Assembly (NCBI GenBank): GCA_024400835.1
Contig: JAKSMC010000010.1
Coordinates: 3,071 to 67,070 of the forward strand
Length of the DNA: 64,000 bases
Direction: 5' to 3'
From: Bacteroidales bacterium
Lineage (GTDB): Bacteria; Bacteroidota; Bacteroidia; Bacteroidales; WCHB1-69
Shown here piece after piece: positions 9,480 to 17,771 of the stretch; positions within the stretch are counted from its first letter, which is position 1; each line of letters starts with the position of its first letter. The translations under genes and the position numbers were made by a program. The notes beneath the pieces were generated by a model that made no database searches, was not told where the DNA came from, and saw only the letters and a list, made by a program, of their open reading frames with translations.

Positions 9480-10661
9480 ATGAATATCAATAAAGAACCT
9501 GTTTGGCTGAAAATTATCCGCATATTGCTCGGATGCTTGTTCCTCTTTTCCAGTTTCACCAAGGCTGTGGACCCGGTGAACTTCGGGATCACGATGAATG
9601 ACTATTTCGTCTCTTTCCGAATGGGCTTCCTGCACCCGTTGGCTCAGTTTGCTGCCGTCTGCGCTATTGCCGCTGAGTTTGTCTTAGGTTGCATGATGCT
9701 GCTTCGCGTGCGCCCGAAACTGGCTCCGTGGGGTTATCTCATCTTTATGACCTTCTTCTTCTTCCTCACCATGTGGCTCGCCATTGCCGAATATCTGGAA
9801 GTCAACAATATCAAGTACTTCGGCGTAGTTCACGACTGCGGCTGCTTCGGTCAGGCCGTGAAACTCTCCAACCTCGGTACTTTCCTGAAGAATGTCGTCA
9901 TCATCATCCCGACAATCATCGTCTTTATCAATCGTAAAAGAATTCCGGATATCCGCCTCACAGTCCTCGGACAATGGGTGGCTATAGTTATCTTTGCTGT
10001 CATTACGGTGCTGTTCCAATTGTATTGCATTCGCCACCTGCCTCTCATTGATTTCACAGACTGGAAGAAGGGCAACGATGTGGTGAAAGCCTTTATCGAC
10101 CAACCCGGCGAAAAGGAATCTGTCTTCATCTATAAAAGCAATGCCGACGGCAAGGAGGTGACGCTTAATGAAGATGAACTGATGGAACAAGACCCTGATT
10201 TCTATGACAACTATGAATATGTGGACCGCAAGGACAGAGAAATCACGAAGGGTCGAAAACCGGAAATCGATGGTTTCAATATGCTGGATTCCAATGGCGC
10301 CGACCACGCTTACGACTACTTCAGTTATGACAATAAAAAGGATGTTTACGTTCTTTTTATGAACGATTTGAAGGAAACTAAAATCAAAGGTCTGGAAAAG
10401 GCTAAATTGCTGGCCGCCGATTGTGATAAACACGATATCGAGTTCGTGGCTATTACCAACAGTCCGCAAGAGGATATTGACAAGTTTATGAACAAATACG
10501 AATTGGAATTCCCATTGTATCACAATCCTATAGATCCGGTTCACGGACCGTTTATGGTGCGTGACGCCGTGCGTTCCAACCCCGGTATCATCAAAATCAA
10601 CAAGGGCGTTGTTGCCGGCAAGTGGGCTTGGCGCGATTTTCCTGCTAAAGTTGACGAATAG
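9480..10661 (+). CDS. Membrane protein: DoxX-like N-terminal domain fused to a thioredoxin-fold C-terminal domain
   Basis: The first ~190 aa contain 4-5 hydrophobic helices and the C-terminal domain looks soluble. This gene commonly follows the DUF1599 gene in Bacteroidota (recall). Confidence 0.7.
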   Translation: MNINKEPVWLKIIRILLGCLFLFSSFTKAVDPVNFGITMNDYFVSFRMGFLHPLAQFAAVCAIAAEFVLGCMMLLRVRPKLAPWGYLIFMTFFFFLTMWLAIAEYLEVNNIKYFGVVHDCGCFGQAVKLSNLGTFLKNVVIIIPTIIVFINRKRIPDIRLTVLGQWVAIVIFAVITVLFQLYCIRHLPLIDFTDWKKGNDVVKAFIDQPGEKESVFIYKSNADGKEVTLNEDELMEQDPDFYDNYEYVDRKDREITKGRKPEIDGFNMLDSNGADHAYDYFSYDNKKDVYVLFMNDLKETKIKGLEKAKLLAADCDKHDIEFVAITNSPQEDIDKFMNKYELEFPLYHNPIDPVHGPFMVRDAVRSNPGIIKINKGVVAGKWAWRDFPAKVDE

Positions 10662-10722
10662 AAACCTCTCTGAAACCAATGCTGCTTGCCTGCGTTGGTG
10701 CTCTAACATCTGATTATATGCT

Positions 10723-11604
10723 ATGTTAATATCAGAAATATCCAAAACTATAACGAACAGTTTGCAGCCGCTTTACGATGCCCGTGAGGCGGCTGCAATT
10801 GCAAAGTACTATTTAGAGGAACGGTTGCACTGCCAGGCATACGAACTTGCCTTGCGGGGTAGGGAATCCTATCCAGAAGCACTCTTGGAAATCTTCAATA
10901 CGGATTTGGAAAAGCTGAAGACGGGCTGCCCCTTGCAGTATGTGCTGGGAACGGCTGAGTTTTATGGCCGGCAGTTTGACGTGTCTCCGGCCACATTGAT
11001 TCCGCGCCCCGAAACGGAAGAGCTGGTGATGCGCGTGGTTGGGGAGTGCCTGGATGCTGAATTTCCGATGCCGCATCCTGTAATCTGGGATGTGGGCACG
11101 GGCAGCGGCTGCATTGCCATAACGCTGGCCTTGGAAATCCCTGGCGCAACGGTTTTTGCTACCGATATTTCCGCTGAGGCCTTGGCCGTGGCCCGACGCA
11201 ATGCCGAGAAATTAGGCGCCAAGGTCGTTTTTGCTCAGCACGACATGAGGGATGTGGCGCATTTGCCTTTTGGAAACCAGCGCTTTGACTATATTGTGAG
11301 CAACCCTCCCTATATTCCCGCATCGGTGCGTGACCAAATGCACGCCAATGTCCGCGAGTTTGAACCCGCCACCGCTCTTTTTGTCCCTGATGAGCGCCCG
11401 CTTATTTTCTACGAGGCACTGGCCGACCTCTCCTCTGTGGTTTTAAAACCGGGCGGATATTGCCATTGCGAGACCTATGACGATTTTCACGAAACCTTGA
11501 CCGATATGTTTCTGCACAAAGGCTTCAGCGCTGTTGAGTCATTCTTAGATCTTAACGACCGTCCCCGCGGCATATGCGCGGTGAAGAATGGACAAGAGCA
11601 TTGA
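10723..11604 (+). CDS. prmC: Release-factor glutamine N5-methyltransferase
   Basis: SAM motif VWDVGTGSGCIA and catalytic VSNPPYIP. Confidence 0.9.
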   Translation: MLISEISKTITNSLQPLYDAREAAAIAKYYLEERLHCQAYELALRGRESYPEALLEIFNTDLEKLKTGCPLQYVLGTAEFYGRQFDVSPATLIPRPETEELVMRVVGECLDAEFPMPHPVIWDVGTGSGCIAITLALEIPGATVFATDISAEALAVARRNAEKLGAKVVFAQHDMRDVAHLPFGNQRFDYIVSNPPYIPASVRDQMHANVREFEPATALFVPDERPLIFYEALADLSSVVLKPGGYCHCETYDDFHETLTDMFLHKGFSAVESFLDLNDRPRGICAVKNGQEH

Positions 11605-11688
11605 CCTTTGTGATTTGAGACTTTCAGCCATTAGCCGATAGCCGTTGGCTGTTTCCTCATCAGTTATATTTTTCCAGATCAGCTTTAA

Positions 11689-11727
11689 CAAAAACGGGCC
11701 GCCAATGCAGCCCGTTTTTGTTTTTTA
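11689..11727. terminator. Bidirectional intrinsic terminator between convergent prmC and the T9SS cargo gene
   Basis: AAAACGGGC-loop-GCCCGTTTT is flanked by an A-run on the left and TTTGTTTTTT on the right. Confidence 0.7.
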
Positions 11728-11742
11728 TTATGTTCGGAAACA

Positions 11743-12537
11743 CTATTTCTTCACCACTTTGACAGTATTGCTGTTGAAGCGTACGAAATAAATGCCAGCG
11801 GTGCAGTCTTCAAAATTGATGCGGATTTGGTCGGTGTCTGCAAACACTGGGGCATTTACGAGGCGGCCGTTCATATCATATACGTTCACGGAAGCGGCAT
11901 TTTCTACAGAAGCTGAAATGGTTACTTCGTTGACGACGGGATTAGGGTATGCTACCACCTGAGGAAGTTCGTTGTCGCGGATGCCGGTGCCAGTGCTGCC
12001 TGCGGCAATTGGTGTGTTTGGAGTAGTTTCGTAGGCGCATTGCAACCATTGAATTTGCAGGCCTGTGGAGACAGTGCCGGACACGTGAACTTTGGCCCAG
12101 CCGTAGTGGGTGTTTCCATTGATTTTAATACGGAAACCGATGTAGCTGTCGGCGTCGCTTGGGAAAAGTGTTTCGTCTAAGTAGTTGACGAGGTATGCAT
12201 CACCTTGTGCCTCCCAGTTGCCATTGGAACCGATTGAGGTGCCTGCTGTGAGGGGCTTGACATCATCCCAACCGCCAGCGTCTAAGGTGCCGTTAGTCCA
12301 GATGTTGTTGCCATTTTCCGACCAGGAGAACATCAACATCGCGTTGGTATGCGTAACCTCAAAGCCGGCGTCACGAATATAGAATTCGGCAGTGCCGTCA
12401 TTGTTGAAATCAATGCCGTAGGAACCTTCAAAATTGCCCAAAGTACCAGTTACGATGGAAGCGTGAGAGATTATTGCGGTGCCGCAGAAGATCAGCATCA
12501 AGATAAAGAGTTTGGAAAAACAAGTAGATTTTTTCAT
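11743..12537 (-). CDS. Secreted protein with T9SS C-terminal sorting domain
   Basis: It has a signal peptide. The C-terminus AYPNPVVNEVTI...VYDMNGRLV...GIYFVRFNSNTVKVVKK is a Por_Secre_tail-like pattern. Confidence 0.8.
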   Translation of the reverse strand: MKKSTCFSKLFILMLIFCGTAIISHASIVTGTLGNFEGSYGIDFNNDGTAEFYIRDAGFEVTHTNAMLMFSWSENGNNIWTNGTLDAGGWDDVKPLTAGTSIGSNGNWEAQGDAYLVNYLDETLFPSDADSYIGFRIKINGNTHYGWAKVHVSGTVSTGLQIQWLQCAYETTPNTPIAAGSTGTGIRDNELPQVVAYPNPVVNEVTISASVENAASVNVYDMNGRLVNAPVFADTDQIRINFEDCTAGIYFVRFNSNTVKVVKK

Positions 12538-12570
12538 AGGATTTGTTTTTAATGAATGATAATTTAGTTA

Positions 12571-12625
12571 GGGCCGCAAAAATAAAAAAAAACAAAAAAA
12601 CCGCTCCCAAATGGAAGCGGTTTTT
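12571..12625 (-). terminator. Intrinsic terminator of gdhA
   Basis: The minus-strand RNA folds as CCGCUUCC-auuu-GGGAGCGG (one G-U pair), followed by U8-G-U9. Confidence 0.8.
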
Positions 12626-12650
12626 AATATTGTCGAAGTATAATCTACTA

Positions 12651-13994
12651 TTAGATGATACCTTGAGCGAGCATAGCTTTAGCAACGCGCATGAAACCAG
12701 CGATGTTAGCGCCCTTAACATAGTTGATAGAGCCATCAGCTTGTTTACCATATTCAACACACATATCATAAATGTCGTTCATGATCTTGTGCAATTTAGC
12801 GTCAACTTCAGGAGCAGTCCAGTTGATGTGACCTGCGTTCTGGCAGATTTCAAGACCGGAGGTAGCAACACCACCAGCGTTTACAGCCTTACCAGGAGCG
12901 AAAGGAATGCCAGCGTTTTGGATAGCTGCGATAGCGCCAGGTTGGCAACCCATGTTGGAAACTTCAGCAACATATTGTACGCCGTTAGCGAGCAATTCTT
13001 TAGCGTCTTCTTCAGCCATTTCATTTTGGAAAGCGCAAGGGCAAGCGATGTCACACTTAACCGTCCAAGCCTTCTTACCAGGAGTGAAGATAGCTTTGCC
13101 AGGGAATTTGTCAGCCATATCTTGAACTTTGTTACGACGAGAGTCGCGCATAACGAGCATATAGTCGATCATTTCTTTGTTTACGCCTTCAGGAAGTTCG
13201 CAAACGCCATCAGGACCAGAGAGAGCAACTACTTTAGCGCCGAGTTCGGTAGCCTTTGTAGCAGCGCCCCAAGCAACGTTACCGAAGCCAGAGAGAGCGA
13301 TTCTCTTGCCTTCCATTTTGTCGCCGTTTTGTTTTACCATGCGTTCAACATAGTAAATAGCGCCGAAACCGGTAGCTTCCGGACGGATGAGGGAACCACC
13401 CCAACCATAGGATTTACCTGTCAAAGCGCCCGTGCTGTGTTCGCGAGCGAGTTTCTTGTAAGCACCGTAGAGGTAACCGATTTCACGACCGCCAACGCCT
13501 ACGTCGCCTGCAGGGCTGTCTTGGTCAGCACCGATGTTGCGCCACAATTCATACATGAAAGCTTGGCAGAAACGCATGATTTCAGCATCAGATTTGCCTG
13601 TAGGATCGAAATCAGCACCACCCTTGCCACCACCGAGAGGCAGATTGGTCAAAGAGTTTTTGAAGATCTGTTCGAAACCTAAGAACTTCAACATTGAAAC
13701 GTTTACTGCAGGGTGGAAACGGAGACCGCCTTTGTATGCACCGAGAGCAGCATTGTATTGTACACGGTAACCTAAGTTCGTGCAAACTTCACCTGCATCG
13801 TTTACCCAAGTAACGCGGAATGTGAAGATACGATCCGGTTCAACAAGACGTTCGATGATTCTTGCTTTTTCGAATTCAGGATGTTGGTTGTAAACGTCTT
13901 CGATAGTTACGAGGACTTCTTCTACAGCCTGCAAATACTCTTTTTCGCCTGGATGTTTGGCTTCCAGGTTAGCCATGATTTCACTTACTTTCAT
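12651..13994 (-). CDS. gdhA: NAD(P)-specific glutamate dehydrogenase
   Basis: 447 aa. KGGLRFHP and LPLGGGKGG Glu/Leu/Phe/Val dehydrogenase signatures, plus the dinucleotide fold GFGNVAWG. Confidence 0.95.
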   Translation of the reverse strand: MKVSEIMANLEAKHPGEKEYLQAVEEVLVTIEDVYNQHPEFEKARIIERLVEPDRIFTFRVTWVNDAGEVCTNLGYRVQYNAALGAYKGGLRFHPAVNVSMLKFLGFEQIFKNSLTNLPLGGGKGGADFDPTGKSDAEIMRFCQAFMYELWRNIGADQDSPAGDVGVGGREIGYLYGAYKKLAREHSTGALTGKSYGWGGSLIRPEATGFGAIYYVERMVKQNGDKMEGKRIALSGFGNVAWGAATKATELGAKVVALSGPDGVCELPEGVNKEMIDYMLVMRDSRRNKVQDMADKFPGKAIFTPGKKAWTVKCDIACPCAFQNEMAEEDAKELLANGVQYVAEVSNMGCQPGAIAAIQNAGIPFAPGKAVNAGGVATSGLEICQNAGHINWTAPEVDAKLHKIMNDIYDMCVEYGKQADGSINYVKGANIAGFMRVAKAMLAQGII

Positions 13995-14054
13995 TTTACT
14001 ATAATTTTTTAATAAGGTTAGTAAACTGTTTTTGTGCTTTTTTCAAAGCGGCTG

Positions 14055-14062
14055 CAAAGGTA
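14055..14062 (-). promoter_or_regulatory. Putative -7 box for gdhA
   Basis: TACCTTTG on the minus strand, 61 nt upstream of ATG 13994. Confidence 0.5.
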
Positions 14063-14182
14063 TAAAATTTATCTTCATCCGCAACCACAAAAAAACAACA
14101 ATATCGCAAGCAATCGAAAATATTTTTGCGATGCAGTTTTATAGGTTTTATTATCGGATAAGGAACTGATTTGTAGGATTTA

Positions 14183-15079
14183 CTATTTCGTGTATTCGTA
14201 ATAGAGAACATCCATTCCTTCAAATTCGCCAGTCACGGATGTGCCTACGCGCTTGGTCGGATACTTGCCATCATATTCGTATGTGTAGGTCATTGTGTCC
14301 GTCATCTGCTCGGTTTGTCCTCCCCAGATTACCAATTCCATTGTGGTGATGACCTTTGTGAAGTTGTTTTTGCTCAAGTTCATATCCAGACCGACGGCCA
14401 AGGTGCTCAGCATATTGGTCTGGTCGCTGAACTCTGCCCAAGAACAACAGGTCGGGTTGAGCATGTTGTCGTATTCAAACGTGCAAGTGAGGAAGTCCAT
14501 AACTGTTCCGTCGTTGGGGTCCTTGATTTCGCAGGTCATCTTTGTGACATTGTCGCCTGTCCATTCGAAGCGGTAAATCAATTCCATCCACAGTTTGGCG
14601 TTGCTGTGTTCTTTGATCATACGGAAGGCTTTGTCGGCTACATTTTTGGGAAACAGCCTACGCATCAGTTTTGCATTGTATTCGGGAGCACCCGTCATTG
14701 AGATTTCGGAAATTTTGCCATTCTTATGGGTGACTTTTCCTTGAGACACGGAAACGCCGTCGTTCAAATGCCAGATGATTTCGGACAGGAACTTGCCGTC
14801 GTATTTGTATTCGGCGTATGAGCCGTCGCTTTCATTCACGCGAACGATGCGGTTGCCGTCGTATTCCGGTGTCAGAACCACGTCATTGATACTGCCGTCA
14901 GGATCATAGAACTTCTCGTAGGCGAGTTTGTTGCCGTCCCAGACATATTCCATAATCGGCTGCTGGCTTTCACCGGCGCGAATCATACTGATTTTTCTTT
15001 TGGGATTGAAAACACCCTCTTTTTCACAGGAGCAGCAAAGCAATACGGCTGCCAATAAAGCAAAAGCTATTTTTTTCAT
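14183..15079 (-). CDS. Lipoprotein, distant (fifth) paralog of the 42.2-46.5 kb tandem family
   Basis: The lipobox LLCCSC is followed by EKEGVFNPKRKIS (tandem genes: SACNKEGVYTPKKKLS). Shared blocks are WDGNKL, YDGNRIVRV, YKYDGKFL, HKNGKISEI, WTGDNV, YDNMLNP, LSKNNFT, YEYDGKYP, and the ending YYEYTK. Confidence 0.8.
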   Translation of the reverse strand: MKKIAFALLAAVLLCCSCEKEGVFNPKRKISMIRAGESQQPIMEYVWDGNKLAYEKFYDPDGSINDVVLTPEYDGNRIVRVNESDGSYAEYKYDGKFLSEIIWHLNDGVSVSQGKVTHKNGKISEISMTGAPEYNAKLMRRLFPKNVADKAFRMIKEHSNAKLWMELIYRFEWTGDNVTKMTCEIKDPNDGTVMDFLTCTFEYDNMLNPTCCSWAEFSDQTNMLSTLAVGLDMNLSKNNFTKVITTMELVIWGGQTEQMTDTMTYTYEYDGKYPTKRVGTSVTGEFEGMDVLYYEYTK

Positions 15080-15322
15080 TCTTTAAAAACTTTTAGATTA
15101 GTAAATTATGATATTTTTTGATGATTCAATTTAGCATTCGACGCTGTCAGTACTCTTCATCCATTTTTCTTCCGTGAGCCTCTTTTCCTGTATGTTGATG
15201 TCTATTATCTAAAACTTCAGACTAATATACTATTATTGTATATGCCACCATTCTGACGGGCACAATTGGTGTTTATATGTTTTCCAAAAGTCGTCAAATC
15301 AGTTCGTTTTCCGAAAGGCGTG

Positions 15323-15330
15323 CAAAAGTA
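15323..15330 (-). promoter_or_regulatory. Putative -7 box for lipoprotein paralog 14183..15079 (long leader)
   Basis: TACTTTTG on the minus strand, 244 nt upstream of ATG 15079. It is the only such box in this spacer on that strand. Confidence 0.35.
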
Positions 15331-15448
15331 CAAAAATTATACTCAAACTCAGTTTGCGGTCAGCCGCATTACGTAAAAGCAAACTTGTCCGATAATGGAT
15401 ATGGACTCAATTGTCTCTGATTTTTTTGGTCGGAAGAATGTTTATTAG

Positions 15449-15456
15449 TATTTTTG
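15449..15456 (+). promoter_or_regulatory. Putative -7 box for maf
   Basis: TATTTTTG, 22 nt upstream of ATG 15478. Confidence 0.5.
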
Positions 15457-15477
15457 CCGCCTTAAAATTTCGATGTT

Positions 15478-16074
15478 ATGATATTAGAAAAACTGGAGAA
15501 CTACAAGATATTCTTGGCTTCCAAATCTCCGCGCCGCCGCGAACTGCTCCAAGATATGGGCATATCTTACGAAATTATTTCCACGGATGTGGAAGAGAAC
15601 TTCGATCCTTCGCTTTCTCCCGAAGATGTGGTAATGTTCCTTTCCAAACTGAAACTTTCCCCCATTGATATGTCGCAATATCCTGACAACACGATCTTCA
15701 TCGCTTGTGATACCATTGTGGTAATGGACGGGCAGATTTTGGGCAAACCTAAGAACTCCGAGGATGCAGTGCGCATGGTCCGTGCCCTCTCCGGACGCAC
15801 GCACGTCGTCTATAGCGGTCTTACCGTGGCTACCCCGAAACGCACGCTGACAGACTACCGCGCTACGGATGTCTCCTTCGCCGAACTCACGGAAGAGGAA
15901 ATCGAGTACTATGTCCGCCAATACCAGCCCCTCGACAAGGCAGGTGCCTATGGCGTTCAGGAATGGATCGGCTGCGTCGGCATCAAGTCCATTAGCGGCT
16001 CTTTCTATAATGTGATGGGACTGCCCACCCGCCTGCTCTGGCAGATGCTGAAGGAGGTGACGGAGGAGATTTGA
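15478..16074 (+). CDS. maf: Maf-like nucleoside triphosphate pyrophosphatase
   Basis: ILASKSPRRRELL, DTIVV and KAGAYGVQE motifs. Confidence 0.9.
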   Translation: MILEKLENYKIFLASKSPRRRELLQDMGISYEIISTDVEENFDPSLSPEDVVMFLSKLKLSPIDMSQYPDNTIFIACDTIVVMDGQILGKPKNSEDAVRMVRALSGRTHVVYSGLTVATPKRTLTDYRATDVSFAELTEEEIEYYVRQYQPLDKAGAYGVQEWIGCVGIKSISGSFYNVMGLPTRLLWQMLKEVTEEI

Positions 16075-16172
16075 CGTTGACTTTGACTGTTGACATTGAC
16101 TTTGACATTAGCCGTTAGCTCTTCCCCCTCCCTCTCTACTATTCTACCTCTCTACCTCATCTACCTCTCTAC
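16071..16172 (+). repeat. Short-period degenerate tracts starting in the maf stop codon
   Basis: The tract is (TTGACn)x6 at 16071-16108, then CATTAGCCGTTAGC at 16106-16119, then (TCTACCTC-like)x5 at 16133-16172. Confidence 0.8.
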
Positions 16173-16209
16173 TTTTAAACCGTAAACTTTAAATATTAAA
16201 CTTCACCTG

Positions 16210-17703
16210 ATGGACTTACTGCTGAATATTTCCTTTGAGGATGTTGTTTCCAAAATCTCCGGTTGGGTATGGAGCCCGCCGTTGGTTATTTTGTGCCTGT
16301 GCGCAGCGCTCTACTTTTCGCTTCGCACGCGCTTTGTGCAGGTTCGCAGAATAGGCGAGATGTGCCGACTGCTGTTCAGAAACGATAAGGCCAACAACAC
16401 GGGCATAACCTCGTTCCAGGCCTTTTGTCTGGCCTTGTCCGGACGTGTGGGCACCGGAAACATCGTTGGCGTGGCCACGGCCATCGGCTATGGCGGACCA
16501 GGCAGCATTGTCTGGATGTGGATCATTGCCTTCTTAGGTGCCGGCTCCGCTTTTGTGGAAGCCACGTTGGCCCAAATATTTAAGGAAGAGCATAACGGGC
16601 AGTTCCGCGGCGGCCCTTCGTACTATATAGAAAAAGGATTGAAATGCAAATGGCTGGCGGTCGTCTTTGCCGTGGTCGCCTTTGTCGTCTGCGGTTTCCT
16701 GCTGGCTCCGGTTCAGAGTAACGGCATTGCCATTGCTTTCGCCAATTCGTTACATATTAAGCCGATTTACGTGGGCATCGTGATTGCCGTCTTGCTGGGA
16801 TTGATTGTCATTGGCGGCGTGAAACGTATAGCGTACGTTGCTGAAATCATGGCTCCGCTGATGGCTATTCTATATATAATATTGTCTCTTATCGTCTTGT
16901 GTTGCAATGCCTCTGCTATTCCGGCTGTTTTTATGGATATGATAAAGGGCGCTATGGGTACGCATGAAATTTTCGGCGGCATTATAGGCAGTACGATTGC
17001 GTGGGGTGTGAAACGCGGCATCTATTCCAATGAGGCAGGGCAGGGCACGGGGCCAATCGTGGCCGGCGCCGCAAAAGTTTCTCATCCTGTCAAGCAAGGC
17101 TTAGTACAGGCTTTCTCGGTATATGTCGATACGCTGTTGGTGTGTACCGCTACCGCGGTGATGATTTTAGCAACGAAAACGTATAACGTCGTAGATGCCG
17201 CAACCGGACAACATCTGTTCACCTCTCCGTATGCGCTGGGCGACCCTGACGTTTCGTATACGGCAACGGCCATTGGCACGCTGATAGGTAGCAATGCCGG
17301 CAATCTGGTGGTGGCCGTCGCACTGGCTTTCTTCGCTTTCACGTCGATTATGGCTTATTATTACTATGCGGAAACCAGCATCGTCTATCTTTGCGGAAAG
17401 GGGAAAAAGGAAAATATCATGGTCTGGGTGCTGCGCATCGGCATCCTGGCTGCTGTCGTCTATGGTTCTACCAAGACCGCCAAAACGGCTTGGGACTTGG
17501 GCGATATCGGCGTCGGAACGATGGCGTGGATCAATATCATAACTATTTTGTTACTCAGTCCGAAAGCACTGAAACTGCTGCGCTCGTATGAGAAACAGGA
17601 GAAGTCAGGGAAAGAACCTGTTTTCAATCCCAAGGAGTTCGGCATTGAGAATGCGGATTTTTGGGAGAAGAAAGCTGAGACAGATACGGACGAAGCAAAT
17701 TAG
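16210..17703 (+). CDS. Alanine/glycine:cation symporter (AGCS family)
   Basis: About 11 TM segments. GYGGPGSIVWMWIIAFLG and SNEAGQGTGP are typical of AGCS. Confidence 0.85.
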   Translation: MDLLLNISFEDVVSKISGWVWSPPLVILCLCAALYFSLRTRFVQVRRIGEMCRLLFRNDKANNTGITSFQAFCLALSGRVGTGNIVGVATAIGYGGPGSIVWMWIIAFLGAGSAFVEATLAQIFKEEHNGQFRGGPSYYIEKGLKCKWLAVVFAVVAFVVCGFLLAPVQSNGIAIAFANSLHIKPIYVGIVIAVLLGLIVIGGVKRIAYVAEIMAPLMAILYIILSLIVLCCNASAIPAVFMDMIKGAMGTHEIFGGIIGSTIAWGVKRGIYSNEAGQGTGPIVAGAAKVSHPVKQGLVQAFSVYVDTLLVCTATAVMILATKTYNVVDAATGQHLFTSPYALGDPDVSYTATAIGTLIGSNAGNLVVAVALAFFAFTSIMAYYYYAETSIVYLCGKGKKENIMVWVLRIGILAAVVYGSTKTAKTAWDLGDIGVGTMAWINIITILLLSPKALKLLRSYEKQEKSGKEPVFNPKEFGIENADFWEKKAETDTDEAN

Positions 17704-17723
17704 CTGGGTCTGTAAGGAAAACA

Positions 17724-17753
17724 AAACAGGGTGACCGTTTGGCCACCCTGTTT
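17724..17753. terminator. Hairpin between the convergent symporter and T9SS cargo genes
   Basis: AAACAGGGTG.CC-gttt-GG.CACCCTGTTT. Confidence 0.6.
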
Positions 17754-17771
17754 GATTATGTAAGAATCTGT

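Noticed and set aside
12543-13682. Long antisense ORFs opposite well-supported genes. Examples: 12543..13682 opposite gdhA, 488..1573, 41071..42024 opposite wecB, 57314..58363 opposite ftsH, 60929..61828 opposite uvrA, 35146..36114 and 36592..37347 opposite the FISUMP gene, 17739..18668, 5534..6736.
   Set aside because: Each lies fully inside a gene with clear family motifs on the other strand. The translations are low-complexity (V/G/R/H-rich) with no recognisable motifs. These are typical shadow ORFs.
16071-16172. The periodic intergenic tracts here and at 32921-33002 and 63464-63592 might be CRISPR arrays or minisatellites.
   Set aside because: The units are 6-8 nt with no unique spacers of 25-40 nt, and there are no cas genes. 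They are reported instead as short-period tracts.
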